NCBI GenBank assembly: GCA_963719315.1
Contig: CAVRBU010000002.1
Location: 1,120,001 to 1,184,000 of the forward strand
Origin: an uncultured Planctomycetota bacterium
GTDB taxonomy: Bacteria; Planctomycetota; Planctomycetia; Pirellulales; Lacipirellulaceae
Length of the DNA stretch: 64,000 nt
Direction: 5' to 3'
The notes beneath the pieces were generated by a model. It was not told the origin of the DNA. It saw nothing but the letters and a program-made list of their open reading frames with translations, and made no database searches. The position numbers and the translations under genes were made by a program. This document shows, piece by piece, positions 11,376 to 21,171 of this stretch; position 1 is the first letter of the stretch, and each line of letters opens with the position of its first letter.

Positions 11376-11639
11376 ATGCACCAGGATCGGGAGGACGCGA
11401 TAACACAAATCCTGCTCACGTCAGCCGAGCTCGCTCAGCGCCTTAAGATTAGCACCCGCAAGCTGGCCTACTTACGAGCACTGGGGCAGATGGTACCACC
11501 CACAGCCCGTATCGGTCGCTCGCTGCGGTTCGATCCCGACGAGGCCGAAGCTTGGGTCAAGGCCGGGTGCCCAGCCGTGACCGAATGGAATTCGATTAAG
11601 CGACGGGACATGCCTAATTTTCGCCGGAAAAACTTTTGA
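11376..11639 (+). CDS. Excisionase/AlpA-like HTH protein (start uncertain)
   Basis: LLTSAELAQRLKISTRKLAYLRALGQMVPPTARIGRSLRFDPDEAEAWV directly upstream of the integrase. Confidence 0.75.
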   Translation: MHQDREDAITQILLTSAELAQRLKISTRKLAYLRALGQMVPPTARIGRSLRFDPDEAEAWVKAGCPAVTEWNSIKRRDMPNFRRKNF

Positions 11640-11704
11640 GCCCGTATCCCGGCGATTCTGCTGGAAGTTTGTACCAGATTCGTGGCACCAACCGGTAACT
11701 TCCA

Positions 11705-13090
11705 ATGGCCGAAATCTTCCGACCTACATTCCACACGCCCGTGCCCAATGCCGCCAAAATCTTCGAGCGACGCGGCAAGAAGTATGCGCAATTCAAGCAA
11801 AGTACCGGACGAACGGTCGAGGGCGAAATTCTGCCCGATGGCAAACGCTGCCGGATTGAGACGGCGGAGTTCTATGCCAGAATCCGGCAGCCAGACGGTC
11901 GCGTGCGGCGCGTTCCGCTGGGCGTCACCGACAAATGCGCCGCGTTGCAACTCGCCGCCAAACTCCGACGCGCAGCCGATCACAGCAAAGCGGGGCTGGT
12001 CGATCCGCTGGCTGCGCATCGCCGTCGATCCCTCATTGGATCGATGCAGACGCTGCCCAAGCGCAAACACGAGCGTGACGAACGGGGCCGAATTGTCCGT
12101 CTCGCCAGCGAACTAGCCCGCGGTGATCTGGAGCGGGCCATCGCCGAGAGCCATCTCGCGGACTACCGTGCTCACCTCCAGGGTGCGGGTCGATCGAGTG
12201 GGCACATGTGGGAAGTTGTGCGTGTGATACGGCGGGTGTGTATTGCCTGCCGCTTTAACAACACCGCTGCCCTCGACGCGAACGTCCTTGATAAATACCT
12301 CGCTGGCTTGGTGGCGGCTGGCAAAAGTTATCGCACCCGCAACTCAGCCCTCAAGTCCGTACGAGCCTTTGTCCGCTGGCTGGTAAGGTCGGACCGGCTG
12401 GCGAAGGATCCGTTCCGCACACTTTCGGCCATCAATGAAGCAGCCGATCCACGCCGCCGCCGTCGGCGCGCTTTGGAGCCGACCGAATTCGCCTTGCTCA
12501 TTGCTGCGGCAGAACAAGGGAAGATAGTGGAAGCGGTCAGCGGAACCGAGCGGGCCCTCCTCTACTTGGTGGCTGCATGGACGGGCCTACGCCGCAAGGA
12601 ATTGGCCGCTCTCAAAACGTCCCACGTTTCGCTGAAAGGGAATCCACCGTTCGTCCACATCCCAGCGTCGTCCACGAAGGCCAAGCGGGACGACCAGCCG
12701 ATCCCCTTGCACCCTGTGGTGGCGGAGAGGCTGGGGTGCTGGATTGCGGAACGGAAACATAAGGGCTCCGACCGCGTCTTTCACCTCAAAACCCCCAGCG
12801 GCCAGCTTCGGAAGACGAGCAAGATGATGCAACGCGATTGCACGGCCGCCGGCATCACCTATTCAGGCGATTTAGGGGTGGTCGACTTCCACAGCCACCG
12901 GGTCGCTTTCATCACTCACCTCTGTCGGACGGCCGACTTTTCGACGGTGGTCGACTTGGCCCGGCACAGCGACCCGAAGTTAACCTCCAAAATATATGAC
13001 AAGGTTCGTCTCGAAACCCGGGTGGCTGCCATTAACGGGCTCCCATTGCCGACCGGCATGCCGACAAGACAGCCACCGGCCAACTCCTAA
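11705..13090 (+). CDS. Tyrosine recombinase/phage integrase
   Basis: Complete catalytic set: TGLRRKEL (R), TKAKR (K), FHSHR (HxxR), ARHSD (H), KIYD (Y). Confidence 0.95.
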   Translation: MAEIFRPTFHTPVPNAAKIFERRGKKYAQFKQSTGRTVEGEILPDGKRCRIETAEFYARIRQPDGRVRRVPLGVTDKCAALQLAAKLRRAADHSKAGLVDPLAAHRRRSLIGSMQTLPKRKHERDERGRIVRLASELARGDLERAIAESHLADYRAHLQGAGRSSGHMWEVVRVIRRVCIACRFNNTAALDANVLDKYLAGLVAAGKSYRTRNSALKSVRAFVRWLVRSDRLAKDPFRTLSAINEAADPRRRRRRALEPTEFALLIAAAEQGKIVEAVSGTERALLYLVAAWTGLRRKELAALKTSHVSLKGNPPFVHIPASSTKAKRDDQPIPLHPVVAERLGCWIAERKHKGSDRVFHLKTPSGQLRKTSKMMQRDCTAAGITYSGDLGVVDFHSHRVAFITHLCRTADFSTVVDLARHSDPKLTSKIYDKVRLETRVAAINGLPLPTGMPTRQPPANS

Positions 13091-13258
13091 TCTTGCCGGG
13101 GGGATTCAGCATCTCGCTGCGAAGGTGGCTTTCGCTTGTTCTCCACTTGTTCGCTGGCCCGGCTTGCTTGCTCTCAGCTTGTCCAACCAGTTGCGCCGCT
13201 TTGCAACGAGTCGCAGCCGTGTGCACTTTCGGGAATATCGACGGCGCCCGAAGAAGAA

Positions 13259-13281
13259 CGGCCCCGAGGCTGCTTCGGGCC
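13259..13281 (-). terminator. Possible terminator hairpin downstream of tRNA-Lys
   Basis: GGCCCCGAGG-CTG-CTTCGGGCC imperfect stem followed on the minus strand by GTTCTTCTT. Confidence 0.35.
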
Positions 13282-13304
13282 ATTCTGGAGGCAGAAAATG
13301 GAAG

Positions 13305-13377
<73 letters not shown>

Positions 13378-13783
13378 GATTGGGCAGCACGGCATTGTAC
13401 CGGATTGTATGGGTTCGCATCTAGCGGCTGAATACACGGTGTTTTTGAAATCCAACGCGTGCTCGTCATAAAAGCTTCGTTCACGACTGTTCGGCTAACG
13501 CCGGAATGGATTTCACTAACCTAGACGATTTCAACGAGTTGCATTGAGCTTTGCGTGTACACGACTGGAGCTTGCAATCAAACTGAAGCTTTGGCTGGGG
13601 CGTCATTTTCTTGCCGTGGCGATTGACGAGGGTATGTGTTCGACGGACCACTCGTGTTCGCGCACTTCATGAGCTAAATGCCGCGACGCGAGCCCAATGC
13701 TGGCGTCGACAGGTATCGCGGAAACCGTCGCCAAGGGTCTCGCCTTCACGCCCTTTCGATGCGACCGGGTAAGCAAATGCGTC

Positions 13784-15092
13784 TTAGCGGCTGACGCTGG
13801 GACGGCGAGCGACGAGCATCGAAAACGTTGTCAGCATGACAAGCGTGATGGTCGAGGGTTCCGGTGTCTGGAAGACATACGCCCCGTTTTGTCGGCCATC
13901 GGATGGAGCACCTACGACGGCGTAAAATCCCTTCAATGCGACCGCATCCCCGAAATCTTCCGAGAACCCCGGATTCGGATTGTCTTGAACGAGCGTATCA
14001 ATCAACTGCCACGTGTAATCAGCGTTTTCGCGATAAATATGGGCCGCCCCGACGCCTGAGTCGCCGATGACGGCCATCGCTCCTTCGATCGCCAGCGAGC
14101 TTCCGAATGAATAGCCGGTGGTAGCATATAAATCGGGCGGCACGATCTGAGCGGTTTGGTTCCAGGTTCCAAGTGCGTCTTTGTTAAATACAAATACGAC
14201 GGCCTGGTAGCCTCCGTTCATGTATGCGGATCCAGTGGCCAGCAAAGTACAAGCTGTCGCGGCAATCGCGTCGCCCAACCCTGCTGCAGGACTTGATGCC
14301 GCGATAGATTGTTTCTTGATCCACTGTCCCTGGTCGTTTTCTTCAAAGGCGTCGATCGCACCATACGTCGACGCGTTCACGTGCACCGTCGGGTCAGATA
14401 TGAACAACGTCTGATTACTGATGAGCGTTGCGAAGGCAAAGTTATCCTTCGGCCTGGCATTGGCGGCCGTAAACTTAGCGATTTGAGTCCAATTGTCGCT
14501 GCCATCGTTTTGGAAAAGATACGAGGCACCGGTTTTTGCACCCGATACTGGCAGGTCTGCCGACCCGGAAGCACCAATCAATACTAAATTGCCGTCGAGC
14601 GATACAGACTCGCCAAATCGGCGCACAGGCAAGGCTGTCGTCGGCAGTTAGCTCTGCTATTTGTTTCCAATTGCCTTGTCCCTTTTCCCGAAACACGTAA
14701 GCCGCTCCCATGTTTGTGTATGGAGCATTCTTTTCCGGAGCACCGATGAGCAAAGTCGATCCTTGCGTCGATATGGACCACCCGAATTCGTAGACCGCGC
14801 TACTCGTCGAGTACAGATGAGCAATTTCGGGCCAATTGCCGTTTCCGTCGTTTCGATAGACGTATACGGAACCGGATGCGTCCTCCGGTCCACCCACGAA
14901 TACGGTTGAATCATTGATTGCGACCGCGTATCCGTATCGCTCCTAACTTGGCGGGACGGTTGGTCGAAGGAGAGCGATTTGATGAAATGGCGCAGCGAAA
15001 ATCCTGCCGATGGAAAGGGCAAGGATAGAAAACATGGTCAGCGGCATCACATACCCTAAGCCGTGCCAAGCTTTAAAGTTTCTTCGGGTCAT
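13784..15092 (-). pseudogene. FG-GAP repeat surface protein with PEP-CTERM tail, disrupted
   Basis: Repeats FGWSIS..LLIGAP, FGESVSLDGN..IGA, FGSSLAIEG, FGDAVAL..VGAP; C-terminal TPEPSTITLVML..ARR; ATG 15092 with signal-like peptide, in-frame TAG at 14943-14945, frameshift near 14630. Confidence 0.8.
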
Positions 15093-15222
15093 AAATCTTC
15101 AAGCTCTACAATCGTTCGCCATCGGCACCAGCGTTGCGTACAAAAAAACCAGTTGTATGAACGGTCTTGTACGCTGGATTGCGTATCCGCGTCAATGTTA
15201 ATCCGCAGTGATCGCAGACTTA

Positions 15223-16189
15223 GAACCCCTAACAATACTGTCTACTAGCAGTGCTAGTAATTGATTCGAGTCGTTGTGGAAGATGTAAAACTTGTTTTTG
15301 AAATTGCAGTCGTGACACGGCGTTGATTGTCCCCAGAATTCCTTTGGAGTGAAACCAACTATCTGGAGGACCAACGATGGCTAAAGAATTAGTTCCTGAC
15401 GAATTGTGGGAGATGTTGTCTCCTTTACTCCCTGAACACGAACCGAGCCCCAAAGGAGGCCGACCGCGGATCGATGATCGCAAAGTCTTGACCGGAATCA
15501 TTTTTGTTTTACGAACGGGTATTCCTTGGGAATATCTTCCCCTGGAAATGGGATGTGGATCTGGAATGACCTGCTGGCGACGGTTACAGGAGTGGCACGA
15601 AGCAGGCGTCTGGGAGGCGTTGAAACAAACATTGTTGGAGAATCTGCGCAGCGCCGATCAACTCGATTGGTCGCGAGCGGCAGTCGATAGTGCGACGGTT
15701 CGTGCTGTAGGGGGCGGCGAAAAAACGGGACCGAACCCAACGGATCGGCGAAAACCCGGCAGTAAACATCATGTGGTCACCGATGCGAACGGCGTCCCGC
15801 TCAAATTCATTCTCACCGCCGCCAATCGACACGACGTGACCCAACTGATCCCGTTGATTGACGGAATCGAGCCGGTGGCGGGCAAACCGGGCCGGCCGAA
15901 ACAGCGTCCGGAAGAGGTGTATGCGGATCGGGTGTACGACTCCGAAAAGCACCGACAAGCACTCCGCGATCGCGGCATCAAACCCCACTTGGCTAAACGC
16001 AATACGGAACATGGCAGCGGCCTAGGAATTTATCGTTGGGTTTCCGAACGTACGCTCAGTTGGATGAATAATTTCCGGCGGCTGCGAACGCGATTTGATC
16101 GGAGGGCCGATATCCATAAAGCCTTTGTGACTCTGGCTCAATCTCTCATCTGCTTCAACATACTCACCGAAGGGTTTTGTTAGGGGTTC
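15223..16189 (+). mobile_element. IS5-family insertion sequence, 967 bp, apparently intact
   Basis: Terminal IRs GAACCCCTAACAA / TTGTTAGGGGTTC, flanked by TTA at 15220-15222 and 16190-16192 (3-bp target duplication). Confidence 0.92.
15377..16183 (+). CDS. IS5-family DDE transposase (IS402/IS427-like, single ORF)
   Basis: GGRPR..RKVLTGIIFVLRTGIPW, VDSA, YADRVYD, RWVSERTLSW..FRRLRTRFDR; GGAGG RBS; stop lies inside right IR. Confidence 0.95.
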   Translation: MAKELVPDELWEMLSPLLPEHEPSPKGGRPRIDDRKVLTGIIFVLRTGIPWEYLPLEMGCGSGMTCWRRLQEWHEAGVWEALKQTLLENLRSADQLDWSRAAVDSATVRAVGGGEKTGPNPTDRRKPGSKHHVVTDANGVPLKFILTAANRHDVTQLIPLIDGIEPVAGKPGRPKQRPEEVYADRVYDSEKHRQALRDRGIKPHLAKRNTEHGSGLGIYRWVSERTLSWMNNFRRLRTRFDRRADIHKAFVTLAQSLICFNILTEGFC

Positions 16190-16222
16190 TTAGTCAGCAG
16201 AAAACCCCCCGGAAAATCAGAA

Positions 16223-16322
16223 TTACACCTTCGTCACCGCCAGCAAAAAGCCCGGTTTCAGCGGATCGCCGAACAGGCGGTCGAGTTGTTGTGCGCCGCG
16301 GGCTAGTTGATCGTCCAGATGC
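16223..16322 (-). repeat. Diverged duplicate of the last ~100 bp of cbiET (16866-16966)
   Basis: Manual alignment gives about 80 of 101 identical positions with one 1-bp gap, ending at a stop codon in both copies. Confidence 0.88.
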
Positions 16323-16351
16323 CCGTTGTTTCGCAATTCTATGCGGTCACG

Positions 16352-16579
16352 TTAAGAACCCAATCGTTCGCCAAATTCCGTGGGCGGCATTCCGATGTCT
16401 CGCACAACGGTTCGCACCGTGCCGATTTTTAGTGCACGATTGCCGTGGACCGGAACCGTCGTGTGGATTTCATCGCGGGCGAAGAAGTGGTGGCTACCGC
16501 GCACACGCAATTGCTGGAATCCCGGACGCTCAAGAAACCGGCACATCTCCGGTCCAGTGACGCGAGGTCACTTAGCCAC
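16352..16579 (-). pseudogene. hicA: HicA toxin with premature TGA at codon 4
   Basis: GTG 16579 overlapping the hicB end reads MAK*PRVTGPEMCRFLERPGFQQLRVRGSHHFF...VPVHGNRALKIGT; GSH and VPVH motifs. Confidence 0.8.
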
Positions 16580-16805
16580 GGGCTAGTTCCGCAAGGTCGA
16601 GGTCGATCGTCCGCAAAGATGACTGCGCGAGTCGGCTTAACACATCATCCAAGCCAAATGTTTCGACGTAACCGCGAAGCGCCTCTTTGAAATCCTCAAT
16701 GGCCTCGTTTTCGGTCTCGCCTTCGCCGTAGGCTGGGATGTCGGGAAGCCGAGCGGTGAAGCCACCCTGGTCTGTATCGGGGATGATTTCGATGGTAAGC
16801 GACAT
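16572..16805 (-). CDS. hicB: HicB-family antitoxin (short form)
   Basis: GGFTARLPDIPAYGEGETENEAIEDFKEAL; TGGTACAAT -10 and GAGGAG RBS upstream. Confidence 0.85.
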   Translation of the reverse strand: MSLTIEIIPDTDQGGFTARLPDIPAYGEGETENEAIEDFKEALRGYVETFGLDDVLSRLAQSSLRTIDLDLAELARG

Positions 16806-16865
16806 AGTGAAGTCTCCTCATCGGTCATTGTACCACGGAGTGTTGTCCGCCTCGGCTCGGCGGAC

Positions 16866-18167
16866 CTACCCCTTCGTCACTGCCAGCAGGAAGCTTGGCT
16901 TCAGCGGTTCGAACGACAGCCGGTCGAGTTGGTCGGTGCCGCGGGCGAGGTTGATCATCCAGATGCTGTGAGCGGTCGAGGGTCCAGAGTCGAGGGTCGA
17001 GCGGCCCGAGGCACCCTCACCCCGGCCCTCTCCCGGAGGGAGAGGGAGACGGAGCGCTTCGCGGAGCTCCATCAGGTGATCGACGCTGGTGGTGTTGACG
17101 ACCAGGCGCCCGCGGGCGCGGAGGCGCTGGTACGCGGCCTGGCTGATGCGCGTCACCTCGCGGCCAGCGCCGGCCACAAACACGCAATCGGGATCGGGAA
17201 GCTCGTCGTAAATCTCTGGCGCGCGGCCCAGCACGGCGTTCACGTTCGCCACATTGAACCGTTCGGCGTTCTGGCGAATCAGACCGTGGTCCTCAGCATC
17301 CATTTCAATGGCGTAGACCGCGCCATCCGACGCCATTTGGGCGGCCTCGACGCTCACCGACCCGCTGCCGGCACCGATGTCCCACACGATGCTGCTCGGG
17401 GCGATGTCCATTTGCGCCAGCGCGATCGAGCGCACCTCAGCCGGCGTGAGTAGGCCGAGCTTTGGCTTCGATTGTAGGAACGCTTCGTCGGGGTTGCCGA
17501 ACAGCCGGCGACCGACGGACTCGCGCGGCCGATCGGGGGCATCTGGGTCGCGAATGAGGACCATCACGTTCAGCGGATCGAACGTTTTCTTCCCGATCTC
17601 GGCCAGCGCGCCGCGGGTGACGCGTTCGTCGCGGGCGCCAAGGTTCTCGCACACGTAGGCGGTGAAGTAATCGATGCGGCGCTCGACCAGCGCCTTCGCC
17701 ACCTGGGCCGGCCCGCACTGGTCGGTCGTGAACAGCCCAACCTTTTGGGCGGTGCGGATTTTTTCCAGCACCGAATCGAGCGGATGTTTGGCGAGGTCGG
17801 TGAGGTACGCTTCCTCCCACGTTTCCATCACACGAGCGAACGCTAGCTGCATGCTCGACACATGCGGCACGACGACGAATCGATCCTTGCCGAGCTTCTC
17901 ACACACATAACGCGCGAGCCCGTAAAACATCGGGTCGCCGTAGATCAGCAGCACCACGCGGCGATTGCCCGCTTTTTCAATCGTGGCTACGAGCTGATTG
18001 AGATCGCTCGAAATCACGTGCCGCTCGGCCTTCGACTTCGGCACTAACGCCAGCGTGCGCTCCGTGGCGAGCACCACTTCAGCATCGGTGATGAGTTGGC
18101 GCACATTGTTCGCCAAGGCCTCAAGGCCGTCGTCGCCAATGCCAATGACGTGGATTTTGGGAGGCAA
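16866..18167 (-). CDS. cbiE: Bifunctional precorrin-6Y C5,15-methyltransferase CbiE/CbiT (CobL)
   Basis: IHVIGIGDDG, GDPMFYG, PHVSSMQLAFAR, VWDIGAGSGSVSVE; TTG start at 18167 inferred. Confidence 0.92.
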   Translation of the reverse strand: MPPKIHVIGIGDDGLEALANNVRQLITDAEVVLATERTLALVPKSKAERHVISSDLNQLVATIEKAGNRRVVLLIYGDPMFYGLARYVCEKLGKDRFVVVPHVSSMQLAFARVMETWEEAYLTDLAKHPLDSVLEKIRTAQKVGLFTTDQCGPAQVAKALVERRIDYFTAYVCENLGARDERVTRGALAEIGKKTFDPLNVMVLIRDPDAPDRPRESVGRRLFGNPDEAFLQSKPKLGLLTPAEVRSIALAQMDIAPSSIVWDIGAGSGSVSVEAAQMASDGAVYAIEMDAEDHGLIRQNAERFNVANVNAVLGRAPEIYDELPDPDCVFVAGAGREVTRISQAAYQRLRARGRLVVNTTSVDHLMELREALRLPLPPGEGRGEGASGRSTLDSGPSTAHSIWMINLARGTDQLDRLSFEPLKPSFLLAVTKG

Positions 18168-18387
18168 GGTCGAGGGTCGAGAGTCGAAAGTAGATGGTCG
18201 ATCCGTGAATAGCAATATAGCAGATGACAAACGATCGTGGTTAGTGGCGCATGTCAAGCAAAAATGCCGCGCCTGAATCGGTCGCGCTTATCAAGAAGCT
18301 TACATAAAATCAACCATCGACCCTAGTCCCTCCACCTCCAACCTAAATCTCACATTGGCGGTCAGCGCGGCTTGAAGCGTGCAACTC

Positions 18388-18461
18388 GTAGGGTGTGTCG
18401 AGACTTCGAGACACACCAACGCCTGGTTTGCGGTGTGGCTCGCGGACTCGACACACCCTAC
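18388..18461. repeat. GTAG-type REP dyad between heptamer (TCGACCC-like) tracts
   Basis: GTAGGGTGTGTCGAG...CTCGACACACCCTAC perfect 15-bp outer arms. Confidence 0.85.
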
Positions 18462-18497
18462 TCTTCTACCATCGACCCTATTCCCTCGACCCTCAAC

Positions 18498-20621
18498 TCA
18501 CTCCGCCACATAGCACCTCAGCGTATGCGAATCCAGCACCACCGGGTCTTTGCCCAACGCGGGGCCATCCGCTTCCGGATAGATGTCGTCGGGCATTTCG
18601 GCGGCCGTGTCGATGAACAGTCGCCAAGTGTAGCTGGAGGCATCCGGAGGCACAACGAATTGGTACGGCTGCGAGCCGGAATGGAGCATGATCATCACGG
18701 CGCGGGCCGCGGGGTCGGTCACGCCGCTCGTGCCGAACACGCTCGTCAAACTCGACCCGGGAGTGCTCCAGTTGACGGGGCTGCCGTCCGGATTGAACCA
18801 ACTCACATCCGGCATCACGCCCGGTTGCGTCGCTTTGCCGGTCAGGAACGCGCCACGGCGAACGTTCGGCTGCCGGCGGCGAAACGCATTGAGACTTTGC
18901 ACGAACCGAAGCATCTCGGCATGGCGCTCGACCAATCGCCAATCGAACCAACTGATGGCGTTGTCCTGGCAGTACGCATTGTTGTTGCCGCGCTGCGTAC
19001 GCAGAACTTCGTCTCCGCTGAGGATCATCGGCACCCCCTGGCTCAAGAGCAACGAGGCCATGAAGTTCTTGGCCTGTCGTTGTCGCAATTCGACGATGCT
19101 CTTCCGCCGCGTCGGGCCTTCGACGCCGTAGTTGTAGCTGTAGTTGTTGTTGTCGCCGTCGCGGTTGTCTTCGAGATTGTCGAGATTGTGCTTCCGCTCG
19201 TAGCTCACGAGATCGTTCAGCGTGAAGCCGTCGTGCGACGTGATGAAATTGATACTGTGATACGGCCGGCGCCCGCTCGGCTGGTAAAGATCGCTTGACC
19301 CGGAAAGCCGCGTGGCCATCGGGCCGGTCATGCCCCAATCGCCCTTCCAGTAGCGGCGCATGTCGTCGCGGTAATGGCCATTCCACTCCGCCCAACGCTG
19401 GTTTGCGAACGAGCCGACCTGGTACGCGCCGGCGGCGTCCCACGCCTCGGCGATGATCTTCGTGTCGGCCAACATCGGATCCTCGGCGATCAACTCGACC
19501 ATCGGCGGGTTCGGCACGAGCTCGCCCTCCCTGTTGCGGCTCAGGATAGACGCCAGGTCGAACCGGAAGCCATCGATGTGATAGTTGTGCACCCAGTGGC
19601 GAAGGCAGTGGAAGATCATCTCGCGGACAATCGGGTGGTTGCCGTTCACCGTGTTGCCACAGCCGCTGAAATTCTTGTACGTGCCATCGTTGTTCAGCAT
19701 GTAATAGACGCGGTTTTCGAGGCCCTTGAAGCCGAATGTGGGCCCCGTTTCGTTGCCTTCGGCCGTATGGTTGAAGACGACGTTGAGAATCACCTCGATG
19801 CCGGCGGCGTGCAGTTCGCGGACCATCTCCTTGAACTGCCGCACCTGGTCGCCGGGTTTGTGGCCCGTCATGTACCCGCGGTGAGGCGAGAAGAAGGCCA
19901 TCGGATCGTAACCCCAGTAGTACGTGCGGACGGGCTTCGTGCCATCCGGCTCTTCGATCGGGAACTCGTTCACCGGCATCAGCTCGATCGCCGTAACTCC
20001 GAGCGATTTCAGGTACGGAATTTTCTCGACAATGCCCGCATACGTGCCGGGCTCCGTTACGCCGCTGGAAGGGCTGCGCGTAAAACCGCGGACGTGCATT
20101 TCGTAAATGATCGTTTCGGAAAGTGGGCGGCGGAGATGGCGGTCCCCCTTCCAATCGAACGCATCGTCCACGACGACGCACTTCGGCGGGCGGATGACGC
20201 CGTTCTCGCCGGTCAGGAAGCGGCCAGCCAGCGCGCGGGCGTATGGATCGAGCAGCCGAGCTTGCGGGTTAAAGCGTTGGCCGAGACTGGGATCGAACGG
20301 GCCGTCGCATTGAAAGTGGTAAAGCTGACCGGCTTTGAGGCCTGGGACGAACACGCTCCAGATATCGCCCCAGCGATCGTTCTGCGGATTGAATTCAATC
20401 AGCCGCACGGGGTCGCGATCAGTGATGCGCGTGTAGAGCAATATCCGCATCGCGGTGGCGCTCTTGCTATAAACGACAAATTGCACGCCGCCATCTCGCA
20501 GCACCGCGCCATACGGCAGCGGGTAGTTGAACTGCATCGGCGGCGGCGTTGGTTTGCGGGTGGCTTTCGGCATGACCACAAAGGCGTGACGGGCAAAAAA
20601 ATTCGTAGCGGTAGTAAACAT
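18498..20621 (-). CDS. glgX: Glycogen debranching enzyme
   Basis: LLDPYARA, IYEMHVRGFT, YWGYDP, NHTAEG, DGFRFDLAS, AEAWD, FITSHDGFTLNDLVSY, GNNNAYCQDN; GGAG RBS before ATG 20621. Confidence 0.95.
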   Translation of the reverse strand: MFTTATNFFARHAFVVMPKATRKPTPPPMQFNYPLPYGAVLRDGGVQFVVYSKSATAMRILLYTRITDRDPVRLIEFNPQNDRWGDIWSVFVPGLKAGQLYHFQCDGPFDPSLGQRFNPQARLLDPYARALAGRFLTGENGVIRPPKCVVVDDAFDWKGDRHLRRPLSETIIYEMHVRGFTRSPSSGVTEPGTYAGIVEKIPYLKSLGVTAIELMPVNEFPIEEPDGTKPVRTYYWGYDPMAFFSPHRGYMTGHKPGDQVRQFKEMVRELHAAGIEVILNVVFNHTAEGNETGPTFGFKGLENRVYYMLNNDGTYKNFSGCGNTVNGNHPIVREMIFHCLRHWVHNYHIDGFRFDLASILSRNREGELVPNPPMVELIAEDPMLADTKIIAEAWDAAGAYQVGSFANQRWAEWNGHYRDDMRRYWKGDWGMTGPMATRLSGSSDLYQPSGRRPYHSINFITSHDGFTLNDLVSYERKHNLDNLEDNRDGDNNNYSYNYGVEGPTRRKSIVELRQRQAKNFMASLLLSQGVPMILSGDEVLRTQRGNNNAYCQDNAISWFDWRLVERHAEMLRFVQSLNAFRRRQPNVRRGAFLTGKATQPGVMPDVSWFNPDGSPVNWSTPGSSLTSVFGTSGVTDPAARAVMIMLHSGSQPYQFVVPPDASSYTWRLFIDTAAEMPDDIYPEADGPALGKDPVVLDSHTLRCYVAE

Positions 20622-21171
20622 AGTGCTCCAACAATCGGGTCGAAAAGAACGGGACGTTTGTGACTGGCGCGATGGAAAAGGTAATCGGTGGTGCCGATTA
20701 CACGGGCAACTCCTGGCGTCAAACGTCCCAGTCTGCAACAACCTTGGTCGTGGCAAGCCGTTAAGCCTGCCCCACCACGGGCCACGAGCGGCGGATATCG
20801 CGCTCACAAGTGTCCTTAACTTCGACACGCTTCGAGAGCACACTTCAATGCGGAGTTATCCTACCGCAGAGCTTCGCCCTAAAGAATCCTCGTTTTGGCG
20901 GGCATGTTCGTTTCGATACATAGAACCGCAACGATGGGCATGCCCGGTGATTGCAGATTGCGGATGAAAATCGTCGTCGGGAAAGGAAGCTGAAAGGTAG
21001 CTATTGGACGGCGGCGAGCACCTTCAAGCGAGCGGGCGGCAAGCTTGAATACGGTGGCAAACTTTGGGCTGTCGGGGAGGAAGCACGTTGGTCAGCCGGA
21101 ACCTGTTTCTTCTCAAGTTCATGCAATGGTGTTTATAACCACCCGCGATCAGGAATGCCAAAGACGAGAAC

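Larger units (their letters stand above)
8480..13304. mobile_element. Decayed integrative element/satellite-like island at tRNA-Lys 3' end; left boundary approximate
   Basis: Tyrosine integrase and excisionase-like gene convergent on the tRNA 3' end, plus small DNA-binding genes and repeat arrays; no duplicated tRNA end found in window. Confidence 0.7.

Noticed and set aside
15709..15727. Programmed frameshift at the G/A runs in the IS5 transposase
   Set aside because: The ORF is already continuous through this site
18200..18390. Cobalamin riboswitch upstream of cbiET (and purine riboswitch before purM)
   Set aside because: No B12-box or other aptamer consensus recognised; structure is explained by repeats
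19526..19536. CTCCCTGTTG match to the tRNA-Lys 3' end as a second att site
   Set aside because: Only 10 bp, inside intact glgX and on the wrong side of the tRNA
18493..20663. Long alternative ORFs over glgX (562 and 429 aa) and similar shadows over the AAA ATPase, metalloprotease and rimO
   Set aside because: Expected stop-poor frames in GC-rich coding DNA; no recognisable motifs
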